Part shown: positions 39,314 to 48,990 of the stretch, one piece after another
Layout: every line of letters starts with the position of its first letter
Position numbering within the stretch: position 1 is the stretch's first letter
Assembly (NCBI GenBank): GCA_043825735.1
Contig: JBDRRP010000107.1
Span: 186,001-250,000, forward strand
Length of the DNA stretch: 64,000 bases
Source: Pseudomonadota bacterium
GTDB taxonomy: Bacteria; Desulfobacterota; Desulfobacteria; Desulfobacterales; JBDRRP01
Reading direction: 5' to 3'
The notes under the pieces: generated by a model
Seen by the model: the letters and a program-made list of their open reading frames with translations, nothing else
What the model was told of the DNA's origin: nothing
Database searches by the model: none
Program-made: the position numbers and the translations under genes

Positions 39314-41008
39314 ATGAGTGCATCCTCGATGAAAGACATGCTGAAAAACCGTTTCGGCATTACGGAAGCGCAGCTTTCCGAGGCCGGATGGGACAACGGC
39401 GTTCCGGCCGGCGCGTTTCTCTGTCAGTTGGTCAAGCAACATCTGCTGAGCGAGACGCAGCGGGTGGATGTCCTGGCCGAGTTGACCGGCTGCCCCTTTT
39501 GGCCGGAGTTGCCAATCGCCGATGTCGACAACGCCTTCAGCCGGATCGTACCGATCCACTTCCTGAAAAAATACGGCATGGTCCCACTGATCAACGGTGG
39601 CGCGGAGCCGGTCATCGCCATAAACGACCCGGTCGACGTTCAGGCGGCCGACGATTTGGCCCGGATGCTCGGACTCGCGAGTTACCAGACCGTGCTGTCC
39701 ACAAGGGAAGCGATCCTGACGGTCATCCACATGTCCTATGATTTCGGGGGCGACTCGGCAGAACAACTCGTTCAGGACCTGGAGGAGACCGGCGCCACGG
39801 TGATCGATGACATGGAGGCCGCGGCGGACCTGATGGATGACGACAGCGAGGCGCCCATCATCCGGCTGGTGAACACCATTTTGTCACGCGCCATCAAGGC
39901 GCGGGCCAGCGACATTCATATCGAGACCTACCAGGCAAGCTTCAAGATCCGCTACCGGGTGGACGGGGTGCTCTACGACATGCTCACCCCGCCGCGCTGG
40001 ATCCAGCCGGCACTGATATCGCGCATCAAGGTAATGGCCAGCCTCGACATCGCCGAAAAACGTCTGCCGCAGGATGGTCGTTTCGAAGTGCGCGTCGGCA
40101 GCCACGCCATTGACGTGAGGGTGTCCACCCTGCCGACCTCTTTCGGTGAGCGGGTCGTAATGCGCCTGCTCAGCAAGAGCGCGGAGATATTCAATCTCAC
40201 GGAGCTGGGCATGGCGGACGATCTTCTGACCAAGTTCAACGAGCTGTGCCGGTCCCCCAACGGCATCATTCTGGTCACCGGCCCCACGGGCAGCGGGAAG
40301 ACCACCACCCTGTACGCCGTGCTGTCCACCATCAACACGCCGGACGTCAACATCATTACCATCGAGGATCCGGTGGAATACCAGATCATGGGAATCAGCC
40401 AGATCCAGGTCAACCCGAAGATCGATCTGACCTTTGCCCGCGGTCTGAGGGCCATTGTCCGTCAGGATCCGGACGTGATCCTGGTGGGGGAGATGCGCGA
40501 CCGGGAGACGGCGCAAATCGGCGTCCAATCCGCCCTCACGGGGCATCTGGTGTTTTCAACCTTGCACACCAACGATTCCGCCGGCGCTATCACGCGCCTG
40601 GTGGACATCGGTGTGGAGCCCTTCCTGATCGCGTCATCGGTGCTGGCGGTGGTGGCCCAGCGGCTCGTCCGGGTGCTCTGTAGCGGGTGCAAGGTTCCCC
40701 ACACGCCGGATGATGCGCTGCTGGAACAAATCGGCATAACCGCCGCAGAAGTGGCCGACGGCACGGTGTTCGAGGCCGGGCAGTGTGAGCGTTGCCTCAA
40801 GACAGGCTACCGGGGGCGTATCGGGGTCTTCGAAGTCATGGAGATGCGCGCCGCGCTGCGCTCCCTGGTGCTGAAGACCCACGATGCCAACGAAATCAAG
40901 GTGGCGGCTGTCCGGCAGGGGATGATCACCCTCAACCGGGACGGCGTTCGCAAGGTGCTCGCCGGGCAGACCACGGTGGCTGAGGTGATGCGCGCGACGC
41001 AACGGTGA
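39314..41008 (+). CDS. GspE/PilB-family secretion ATPase
   Basis: ASDIHIE, DIAEKRLPQDG, GPTGSGKTT, TIEDPVEY, RQDPDVILVGEMRD, STLHTND, CxxC...CxxC. Confidence 0.92.
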   Translation: MSASSMKDMLKNRFGITEAQLSEAGWDNGVPAGAFLCQLVKQHLLSETQRVDVLAELTGCPFWPELPIADVDNAFSRIVPIHFLKKYGMVPLINGGAEPVIAINDPVDVQAADDLARMLGLASYQTVLSTREAILTVIHMSYDFGGDSAEQLVQDLEETGATVIDDMEAAADLMDDDSEAPIIRLVNTILSRAIKARASDIHIETYQASFKIRYRVDGVLYDMLTPPRWIQPALISRIKVMASLDIAEKRLPQDGRFEVRVGSHAIDVRVSTLPTSFGERVVMRLLSKSAEIFNLTELGMADDLLTKFNELCRSPNGIILVTGPTGSGKTTTLYAVLSTINTPDVNIITIEDPVEYQIMGISQIQVNPKIDLTFARGLRAIVRQDPDVILVGEMRDRETAQIGVQSALTGHLVFSTLHTNDSAGAITRLVDIGVEPFLIASSVLAVVAQRLVRVLCSGCKVPHTPDDALLEQIGITAAEVADGTVFEAGQCERCLKTGYRGRIGVFEVMEMRAALRSLVLKTHDANEIKVAAVRQGMITLNRDGVRKVLAGQTTVAEVMRATQR

Positions 41009-41205
41009 AGGTCGACAGATGCGTGATTGTGAATTCAGAGGTTGAGAATAACTTCAAGGGTATCTTTGTGTGCTTGATAATCGGCGCGTAGGATGGGAGG
41101 AGCGCAAACGATATAGCTTGCTTCGAGATTGGATTTCCTCGATAGAAAAAGGCAGCAGTCTCAACAGCGCAGTCCTTCCCGCCAAAGACTGATTGATTGA
41201 ATTCA

Positions 41206-42969
41206 ATGATGAAATCCCATTTTTCTTTTCATGATCTGGCGATAGTGGTGATCGCTCTTTTCACCGCAATTTACGGCTGCTCGCCGGGCGGCGGCACGGC
41301 GCAGGAACTGTATCAAAAGGGGCTTCGGCTGCAACAGGACGGGGACCTCGCGAGGGCGGAAACCCTGCTGCTGAAAAGCATTCAAATGGCGCCGGGGTCG
41401 GCGGCGGTGGTCGCACTGGGCAATCTCTACCAGCAGCAGGGTAAAGTCACCGAAGCGCGCGCCGCCTATACCCGGTCACTGGAGCTGGATCCGGCCCTTT
41501 CCCATCCCCAGCTTCGCCTCGCCTACTACGATATCCTGGATAAACAGCCGGCTTCGGCCAGAAATCACATTCAGGCGGTTTTGGACAAGGACCCAGGCAA
41601 TCCGGACGCCCTTAGACTCCAGGCGAGCCTGTTCAGCGTTCAGAGGGACTGGGCGGCTGCGGAAAAGGCGTTTTCAACGCTGATCGTCGTCCATCCCGGT
41701 GACGTCCCGGCATACATGGGGATGGCACGGGTTCAGATTTACCAGAACAAGGCGGACGCCGCGAGCCATACGCTGTCGCGCGTCATCGCCGAAGTGCCCC
41801 GGGCGATCGAACCCCGATTATCGCTTATCCGCCTTCGTTTCCTGCTCAATGATTATGCCGGCGCGGAAAAGGCGGCGCGCGACGCACTCGAACACCACCC
41901 GCGAATGCCGCTGCTTCACATCATCCTCGGAGGCATTTACGCGGCTCAAACGCAGTGGGGTGAGGCCGATGAGTCCTACCAGGAGGCCATCTCCATCGAT
42001 GACGGAAATTTTTGGTCCTATCTTGCGGCCTCACGGTATTACAACGGCACCGGTCGGTCGCGGCAGGCCCTGGAAATCCTGCTCACCGCCAAGCGGCGTC
42101 TGCCGCAGGATGTTCGTGTGATCGATGCCTTGGCACGTCTTCATCTTCATCATGGCGACGTTCAAGCGGCCGAAGCGGCCATCGCAGCGGCGCTCGAACA
42201 GAGCCCCGGCTACGTGCCGGCCCTGATCATGAAGGCGGAAATCGATCTGGGCCTGAAACGCTGGGAGGCGGCCCTGGCCGCCGTCAACCGGCTGCTTCGG
42301 TTTCAGCCGGATTACTTCCATGCCCACTACCTAAAGGGGATGGCTTTTCTCGGCGGTGGACAGACCGATTTCGCGGAAAAGGAATTTCAACTCACCATCC
42401 ACCTGGAACCCAATTTCCAACCGCCGTATCGCGAGCTGGCCAATATCGCGCTGGCCCGAAAACAGATCGACGGGGCCATCTTCCAGTACCAGAAGCTGGT
42501 AGACCGTGACCCGGATCAGGTATCGGCGCACATGATGCTGGGGACCCTTTATTCCATCCAAAAAGACTACGAGCGTTCCGAACACCATTTCCGCCGGGCG
42601 CTGCGCATCCGGCCCGGACTGGTGGGGGCCGCCAACAACCTGGCCTATCTGCTGGCCCAGAAAGGTGAACACCTCGATGAAGCCCTCAGGCTGGCCCTGG
42701 CTGCCAGTGAGCGCCAGCCCGAGGACGCCAATGTCAAAGACACCCTGGGATGGGTTTACTACCGCAAGGGCATGCTGGACAGCGCCATTGCCCAGTTTCG
42801 CGCCAGCCTCGAGTTGAATCCGGACCCGGCCATTGTCCACTATCATCTGGGACTGGCCCTGATGGACCGGGGGAACGCGGAGAAAGGTCGCATCGCCATC
42901 GCCCGGGCGCTGGAGATCGACCCTCACTTCAGCGCGGCCGAAGACGCAAGAAGGGCGCTCGCACGATGA
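41206..42969 (+). CDS. Second TPR-repeat lipoprotein, PrsT-like
   Basis: Lipobox IYGC, TPRs, ANNLAYLL...DTLGWVYY, similar to the C-terminus of 30949-33351. Confidence 0.8.
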   Translation: MMKSHFSFHDLAIVVIALFTAIYGCSPGGGTAQELYQKGLRLQQDGDLARAETLLLKSIQMAPGSAAVVALGNLYQQQGKVTEARAAYTRSLELDPALSHPQLRLAYYDILDKQPASARNHIQAVLDKDPGNPDALRLQASLFSVQRDWAAAEKAFSTLIVVHPGDVPAYMGMARVQIYQNKADAASHTLSRVIAEVPRAIEPRLSLIRLRFLLNDYAGAEKAARDALEHHPRMPLLHIILGGIYAAQTQWGEADESYQEAISIDDGNFWSYLAASRYYNGTGRSRQALEILLTAKRRLPQDVRVIDALARLHLHHGDVQAAEAAIAAALEQSPGYVPALIMKAEIDLGLKRWEAALAAVNRLLRFQPDYFHAHYLKGMAFLGGGQTDFAEKEFQLTIHLEPNFQPPYRELANIALARKQIDGAIFQYQKLVDRDPDQVSAHMMLGTLYSIQKDYERSEHHFRRALRIRPGLVGAANNLAYLLAQKGEHLDEALRLALAASERQPEDANVKDTLGWVYYRKGMLDSAIAQFRASLELNPDPAIVHYHLGLALMDRGNAEKGRIAIARALEIDPHFSAAEDARRALAR

Positions 42970-44114
42970 AGTACCTTTCCTACCGATTCATCGCCGCGTG
43001 TATCCTGCTTCCGCCGTTGCTCTACATTCTCACCATTTACGGTATCGAGCGATACTGTTACTACCGCATCGCCGGCGCAGTGACGCGAATCGTTCCGGGG
43101 GATATGGGTGCGTTGCTCAACGGTACCGTTCGATTGAGCGATGCAGTCAGTGCCAACCTGACCCGGTTTTTGTCTGAAACCCCGTACCGGGAATGGGGTG
43201 CCAGGATCGATGTGACCGTCCTGACCCGGACCGGCAAGCTGATCTATCCCCAACCGGTGGAGGGGCGGCCCACGCCCTTGACCCAGAACGATCCGCTGAC
43301 GACCGCTTCCATCAATTTCGGGCTGCTCCAGGAGGGGCTGGTGACCCGGATCGACGTGAACCTCGATCCCGGGTCGTGGTTCTCCACGATCGTGCTGTGC
43401 CTCGACGTGATTGTGTTTCTGTTGCTTTTCGGATGGCACTACCGCCGCAGTCTTCGGCGCCTACGGATAGAGGACTGCCGCCGTGAAGAAGAGACACGTC
43501 GCCTCCAGGGGCTGCTGAGCTTCTTCTCGAAAGATCTGTCCGTTTTGGCCGACGAACGCCGGCGGCTGGAAGAAACGCTTCAGGCAGCGGAACAACGGTT
43601 TCAGTCGGAGAGGCATCGCGCCTCTGAAAACGAGCACGCCTGGGTGGCGGAGATCGAAAGCCTGGAACGGCAGCTCGCTGAGAATCAGGCTCGGCAGGCC
43701 GACCAGAAAACCGTGATCGACAGCCTCGGCGAGCGCCTGAAGAAGATGGAAACACCGGTCAAACGCAAGGAAAACGCCCATCGGCGGCAACTGGCGCTGA
43801 TCGAAAGGCGCTTTCGGACCCTGTACAAGAACATCGATCTCCACGAGCGGGCGCTTGACGGGCTCCAGGCGCTCAACGACGATCTGCAGCTCAAGGCCGA
43901 GGAACTCATCCACCAGCTCGACGCCGACAGCGGCCGGGTCGTCATTAAACGCAAAGTCTTTACCAAGAATAAGAAGGAGACCGTCTTCGAAGTGGCCTTC
44001 GGCAATCACGGTCGTGTATACTTCCGGGCAGGCGATGGCCGACGCCTAGACGTGGTGACCATCGGGACGAAGCACACCCAGCGGAAAGATCTCGAGTACA
44101 TTGAGAGACTTTAG
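42966..44114 (+). CDS. Hypothetical 2-TM protein with coiled coil and RelE/HigB-like C-terminal domain
   Basis: ATGA overlap at 42966; two TM helices, coiled coil, C-terminal FEV...GRVYF...TIGTKHTQRKDL. Confidence 0.65.
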   Translation: MKYLSYRFIAACILLPPLLYILTIYGIERYCYYRIAGAVTRIVPGDMGALLNGTVRLSDAVSANLTRFLSETPYREWGARIDVTVLTRTGKLIYPQPVEGRPTPLTQNDPLTTASINFGLLQEGLVTRIDVNLDPGSWFSTIVLCLDVIVFLLLFGWHYRRSLRRLRIEDCRREEETRRLQGLLSFFSKDLSVLADERRRLEETLQAAEQRFQSERHRASENEHAWVAEIESLERQLAENQARQADQKTVIDSLGERLKKMETPVKRKENAHRRQLALIERRFRTLYKNIDLHERALDGLQALNDDLQLKAEELIHQLDADSGRVVIKRKVFTKNKKETVFEVAFGNHGRVYFRAGDGRRLDVVTIGTKHTQRKDLEYIERL

Positions 44115-44574
44115 CATTAACGCTCGTCTAACTTGACATCATTGCCTCAGTGTTGGGATAAAGGCCCAACAATTCGATCTATGGGTACTTTGCTGCCCCG
44201 GTTCGAGGGAACCAGAAAGCCCGAACTGAGAGTCGATACCCTTGGTTCGGGCATTTTTATTCAAGCTGGGCTTGGTTGGTTTAAGAAATCGTTTACCCGC
44301 TCCGGAATCGGTCATCACCCTGTGCGCCGCATGGGCCTGGCAAGAAGATTTACCCATTGCTGTTACACCGGTCGTGCATGGAATCGATACCGGCGCGCGG
44401 TTTACAACCTCAGATCGTTGAAGTCCTCATAACATGCCGTAAGCCTTAATCTCTATTTCGACACCACCCTATCGTGGACAAGAGGAAAGGCCAGCTAAAA
44501 AATCGTGAATGTATCGGTTTAAGATGTCGGCTTTCTTGTGAGTACAACCGCTATCATGCTTGAAGGATGGGTGA

Positions 44575-45306
44575 ATGAAAAAGCTATTTTTTATCCTGTT
44601 TACTGCTGCATTGATTGCCGTTTCCACAAATGTGGCAAGTGCCGCGACTGTTACTCCAGGCTGGGATGCCGCAGCGGACCTATCTATAGCATCCCGCTTC
44701 AGGAATGTGCAGGATCTGAATGCACAGTCCTTGGACGGATGGGAACTGGCATTAGGCGCAGTCTCTGGATTTCCAACAGGGGCAGACAATGTCGACTTTG
44801 GATATAATCCGCATTGGGGTAATAGCAATCATTTCGAGATTGCCTACACCAAAAGTGATAATCAAGTCAGTGTCAGCATGGACGTTGATCCTTCTACCTC
44901 TAATGGTTTCGAGTATTCTCTGACATATGATAACTTCACACCTTCGAGTTTAAACTATATCCAGTTCGAAGTTGTCAGCAGAGATACCACTGGTTCGGTT
45001 TGGTTGACCGACCTGAAATTGAACGATGAAGATTTAGGTAGTTATGGCTCATCCAACCCCAACGATGGTTGGCACACATGGAATATTACCGGCGAAGACT
45101 GGACTAACGGATTCACGATCATGGGTACCATGAATATCGATGGCCCATTTGCAAAACTCAACTCAGAGCAGAACAAAATCGATTTTAAGTTCGGTAGCGC
45201 TCCTTTCGCCGTTCCCCTTCCCGCTGCCTTCTGGTTGCTGGGTCCAGGGCTGCTTGGCATGGTCTGCTTGAGAAGTCGCTCGACCACCAGCAGCAATCCT
45301 TCATAG
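44575..45306 (+). CDS. VPLPA-CTERM exosortase substrate
   Basis: Signal peptide MKKLFF...ASA; C-terminal VPLPAAFWLLGPGLLGMVCLRSR. Confidence 0.88.
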   Translation: MKKLFFILFTAALIAVSTNVASAATVTPGWDAAADLSIASRFRNVQDLNAQSLDGWELALGAVSGFPTGADNVDFGYNPHWGNSNHFEIAYTKSDNQVSVSMDVDPSTSNGFEYSLTYDNFTPSSLNYIQFEVVSRDTTGSVWLTDLKLNDEDLGSYGSSNPNDGWHTWNITGEDWTNGFTIMGTMNIDGPFAKLNSEQNKIDFKFGSAPFAVPLPAAFWLLGPGLLGMVCLRSRSTTSSNPS

Positions 45307-45685
45307 CCCCATGCGGCACATAGGGCCCCGGACGTAGCGAGACATAGGGCCGTTATTGCGGCTGTAGCTGGCCTTCGTCAGTGGCGATCGGTTACAGTCG
45401 CCGTGCGTTGGAACCGGGCGGGTCAGGATATACTGATATTAGGCGGGACAGCGCGTTTCAGGTACCTCGGCATCGTATTCCCGCAAACTAATCGATCTCT
45501 AACCGATTCGATACAAGCTCCAAAAACAATCCATCCAGAATAGCCTCTTAACAAATGCCTCGAGATATCCGACGGCATCATTTCGACGGATTCAAAGCGC
45601 AATTGACCGAAAAAACACAATCATGCAAGTTCAAGCAGACAATGGGAGAATGCGAACACGCTTCCCGTTTGTTTAGGAGAACGTT

Positions 45686-46129
45686 ATGAAACCAAAGATT
45701 CTATTCATTTGCCAGCACAACAGCGGACGCAGCCAGATGGCCGAGGCGTATTTGAGGAAGTTCGCCGGGGACTATTTCGAGATCGAGAGTGCCGGTCTGG
45801 TGCCGGCCGAAAAAGTGAACCCGCTGGTGGTCGAAGTGATGAAGGAAGAGGGCGTCGATCTATCTGAAAAGCGGCCACAGAGTGTTTTCGACCTGTTCAG
45901 GACGGGAAATATCTTCGCTCATGTCATCACCGTCTGTCATGATTCAGAAAACCAGTGCCCTGTCTTTCCCGGCATTACCTGCCGCTGGCATTGTCCATTT
46001 CCGGATCCAAACGCCGTATCGGGCTCGCAAAAGGAAAAGCTCGCAAAAGTCCGTCAAATCAGAGATCAAATCAAGCATTGGCTTTTGAATCCTGAAGCGG
46101 GCGGCTTTTCTCTCGAAGCCCTGAAATAG
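45686..46129 (+). CDS. arsC: Arsenate reductase ArsC (LMW-PTP fold)
   Basis: CQHNSGRSQMAE P-loop, ITVC...CPVFPG, FPDP; AGGAG RBS. Confidence 0.85.
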   Translation: MKPKILFICQHNSGRSQMAEAYLRKFAGDYFEIESAGLVPAEKVNPLVVEVMKEEGVDLSEKRPQSVFDLFRTGNIFAHVITVCHDSENQCPVFPGITCRWHCPFPDPNAVSGSQKEKLAKVRQIRDQIKHWLLNPEAGGFSLEALK

Positions 46130-46193
46130 CGGGTTTTTATGCCATTTCAATACGATGCAATCAGCAGCAAGTCCACGAAAGGGCCGAGATTGC

Positions 46194-47126
46194 ATGATCA
46201 CCGGTAGACGATTTGCGGCCATCGATATCGGCTCGAATGCCGTTCGGCTGCTGCTCTCACAGGTTTTCGAAACCGACAGTGGCCCTTATTTTCGCAAGAT
46301 TTCGCTGATCCGCATGCCGATCCGGTTAGGCAAGGATGTGTTTATCGATGGAATGATCTCCAAAGACAATGAAGATCAGTTGCTCAATACGATCCAGGGC
46401 TTCAAATCCCTGATCGCCTCCTACCGCCCCCTGGCGTATCGCGCCTGCGCCACCTCCGCCATGAGAGAGTCCAGCAATGGCGAAAAAATCCGAAAGCACA
46501 TTTTGGAAAAGACCGGCGTAGATATCCTCATTGTCAGCGGCAAACTGGAGGCCCGAATCATTTTTGCCAATAACCCATGGACCCGATTGGAAAACGGCAA
46601 TGCCTGCATGTTTGTGGATGTCGGCGGCGGCAGCACGGAAATCACCGTTTATTCCAACCGTAAAACCAGTTCCCATTCATTTGCCATCGGCACCATCCGG
46701 CTGATGGAAGGGATCGTGGATAAACCGCAATGGAAGGAGATGAAATCCTGGGTGCAGCACCACACCCGGAAATTTTCCGGTCTCACGGCCATCGGCAGCG
46801 GCGGCAACATCAACAAGATCATCAATTTGGCCCAATGTGGGGGCGGCAGGTCCATTGCTTATGAAAAGATGAAAAAAGTCAGGGACCATCTGAAATTTTT
46901 CTCTTATGACGATCGCATCACTAAACTCGGCCTGAAACCCGACCGTGCGGATGTCATCATGCCTGCCCTGAAGATCTACCTGTCGGTGATGAAATGGGGC
47001 GGCATCCCAACCATCGAGGTGCCGCAGATCGGGCTTGCGGACGGGTTGGTACGCCTGATGTATCGTCAGTATATTCAGTCCATCAAGCCCCTAAAATTTG
47101 GAAAGAAAGACCAAGTCGCGGCCTAG
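46194..47126 (+). CDS. ppx: Exopolyphosphatase Ppx/GppA family, short form
   Basis: AAIDIGSNAVR, ATSAMRE, DVGGGSTE, DRADVI, GLADG. Confidence 0.85.
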   Translation: MITGRRFAAIDIGSNAVRLLLSQVFETDSGPYFRKISLIRMPIRLGKDVFIDGMISKDNEDQLLNTIQGFKSLIASYRPLAYRACATSAMRESSNGEKIRKHILEKTGVDILIVSGKLEARIIFANNPWTRLENGNACMFVDVGGGSTEITVYSNRKTSSHSFAIGTIRLMEGIVDKPQWKEMKSWVQHHTRKFSGLTAIGSGGNINKIINLAQCGGGRSIAYEKMKKVRDHLKFFSYDDRITKLGLKPDRADVIMPALKIYLSVMKWGGIPTIEVPQIGLADGLVRLMYRQYIQSIKPLKFGKKDQVAA

Positions 47127-47519
47127 CTATTTTCTCCGTTTCTTGGCTTTCTTTTTTTTATCACTCTTCTTGTTCTTATCTTTCTTTGCCTTTTCTCTTT
47201 TCTGCTTGTCATTTTGGGTTTTATTTTTATCAGTCTTCTTTTTTTGCGGTTTATCCTTTTTGCTTTTCTCACGTGCTGCGGTCCCGGCAGGGGCGATATC
47301 GGCGGATTTGCTTCCACCGACCGACAAATCGGCGGCAGTCAGCTGTTGGCAGGCATCAGAGATGATCTGTTTTGCTCTGGATTCACCAAGACCGGGGACA
47401 GCCGAAACCTGATCGATGGTTGCGGCAGCTAAATCTTCGGCAGAGGCGAAACCTGCTGCTGAGAGTTTTTCGGCAGTGGCCGGACCAACTCCTTTAACTT
47501 GAAGAATTGAAGTAGGCAA
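47127..47519 (-). CDS. Helix-hairpin-helix protein with Lys-rich C-terminal tail
   Basis: VKGVGPATAEKL and VPGLGESRAK HhH motifs; tail of about 45 aa dominated by Lys; TTG start with AAGGA RBS. Confidence 0.8.
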   Translation of the reverse strand: MPTSILQVKGVGPATAEKLSAAGFASAEDLAAATIDQVSAVPGLGESRAKQIISDACQQLTAADLSVGGSKSADIAPAGTAAREKSKKDKPQKKKTDKNKTQNDKQKREKAKKDKNKKSDKKKKAKKRRK

Positions 47520-47681
47520 TGATCTATCCTTTCATTTGGTGTATCGACGTATTTATATGAAACGGGGGGCAGCCAAACGAAACAATCAATTCTCCTGGCG
47601 TTGAACGTGCCAGTTGGCGACTTCCCGATGAAGCGTTTGAACAATGTGCACCCAAATTGAGGATGAGTGACCCGGATTTAA

Positions 47682-47732
47682 CGTTATATTTATGCAAGGT
47701 AAATGTTAGATAAATATTAGGTTACTGTTAGC
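47682..47732 (-). promoter_or_regulatory. 11-bp-periodic direct repeats, possible PhoB/OmpR-family binding site
   Basis: Plus strand TGTTAGA/TATTAGG/TGTTAGC at 47704, 47715, 47726, with weaker units at 47682 and 47693. Confidence 0.45.
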
Positions 47733-47820
47733 GACATGAAATAGATAATTTGCGCACCATAGGAAAGAGAACCACTCAGTGCCGCGGTGTAGCCGGATAA
47801 AACACGATGAAGGGGAGCGT

Positions 47821-48990
47821 CTACGATCCGTCCGGCAGGGAATTTACGGATTCGTGGATGTGAATCTCGCGCCGTGCCAGTTCGGCGAAGACGTCGGCCG
47901 GCGCGAAGGCAAATTCCGGCATTATGACGCCCGGCGTCGGCACCCGTCCCTTGGCGATGAGCTGAGCGCCGATGGCCATGGGAATTCCAACGCAGCGCGT
48001 GTAGGCCCTGAGCCCTTCCCAGCCGTCCACTGACCCGTCCGACGGCGGGTGGGTGTGTGTCAGCACGTGCTCGACGGGACCGCCGCCTCGGGTGCCGATA
48101 ACCTGCACGTGGAGGGCGTACCCGTAAAGGTCGGTGGTTTGCCCTTCGGGCGCCTGCTGGAGGTAACGGCCGATGGCATCCATGATGCCGATGGTTTCCC
48201 CGCCCACACGGATGGGGTCGTTTCTCATAAAGCCCCAGTCGTAGAGCGCGCGGACCAGTTGCATGTTTTGGGGCGGCCAGGTGCCGCGCACCTCGATCAG
48301 TCGCACCCCTTTGTCCTTGAGGTAAGCATGAGCGGTGCGCGTTTCCGCGTGGGGTATGATCCACTGGGGATGGGTGCCATAAGGGCCGGGCAGGGTGATG
48401 ACCCGCTCCCGCGAGAACGGGGGCACCTGGACAAAGGCGTCGTCTTCGAAGACCACCCGTCCGGGAAGCACTGGGTCGTATTCGTAGGTGGTCGTCTCTG
48501 TTATTGACGGTGAAAAGGCGATGGGGCGAAAGGCGCCGTGGCTCACCCGGACGGTATCCACCGTGTCCAGTTGATCGGCCGCGTGGCGGACCATCATGTC
48601 GGTGATTCCGGGAGTCATGCCGAAACCCGGCACATGCACACGCTGGTGGGCTTTGAACGCTGCGTCGTACTGGTACTCTTCTCCGAACCCGTTGAGGTTG
48701 ATGCCATGGCATCCTGCCTCGGCGATGCAGGCCGTGGAGCGGTCGTTGAGGTGGATGGTGGTGCCGTCCATGACCACATCGTAACCGCGCATTAGCGAAA
48801 CGGCGGAGGCCGCATCGTTAATATCCACTCGCTGATAATCCACGCAGCTGCCCAGCGATTCGGCGAGTGCTTTGCCGGCGTCTGCGTTCAGGTCTCCGAT
48901 GGTGATGCATTCGAAGTCGGAAAATGCAGCGAGATCGCGCACCGCTTCACTGCAGATCTTGCCGGCGCCCCCCAGGCAGAGAATCTTCAT
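47821..48990 (-). CDS. Saccharopine dehydrogenase-family NAD(P)-dependent oxidoreductase
   Basis: CLGGAGKI Rossmann motif, [24 protein letters not shown]-coupled to phnW; AAGGAG RBS. Confidence 0.8.
   Translation of the reverse strand: MKILCLGGAGKICSEAVRDLAAFSDFECITIGDLNADAGKALAESLGSCVDYQRVDINDAASAVSLMRGYDVVMDGTTIHLNDRSTACIAEAGCHGINLNGFGEEYQYDAAFKAHQRVHVPGFGMTPGITDMMVRHAADQLDTVDTVRVSHGAFRPIAFSPSITETTTYEYDPVLPGRVVFEDDAFVQVPPFSRERVITLPGPYGTHPQWIIPHAETRTAHAYLKDKGVRLIEVRGTWPPQNMQLVRALYDWGFMRNDPIRVGGETIGIMDAIGRYLQQAPEGQTTDLYGYALHVQVIGTRGGGPVEHVLTHTHPPSDGSVDGWEGLRAYTRCVGIPMAIGAQLIAKGRVPTPGVIMPEFAFAPADVFAELARREIHIHESVNSLPDGS

Noticed and set aside
41087..41140. Degenerate REP-like sequence (GTAGGATGGG...)
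   Set aside because: Second arm of the palindrome is not recognisable
44133..44432. 99-aa ORF upstream of the second VPLPA-CTERM gene
   Set aside because: No RBS, motif or compositional support; no convincing sigma54 box found there either
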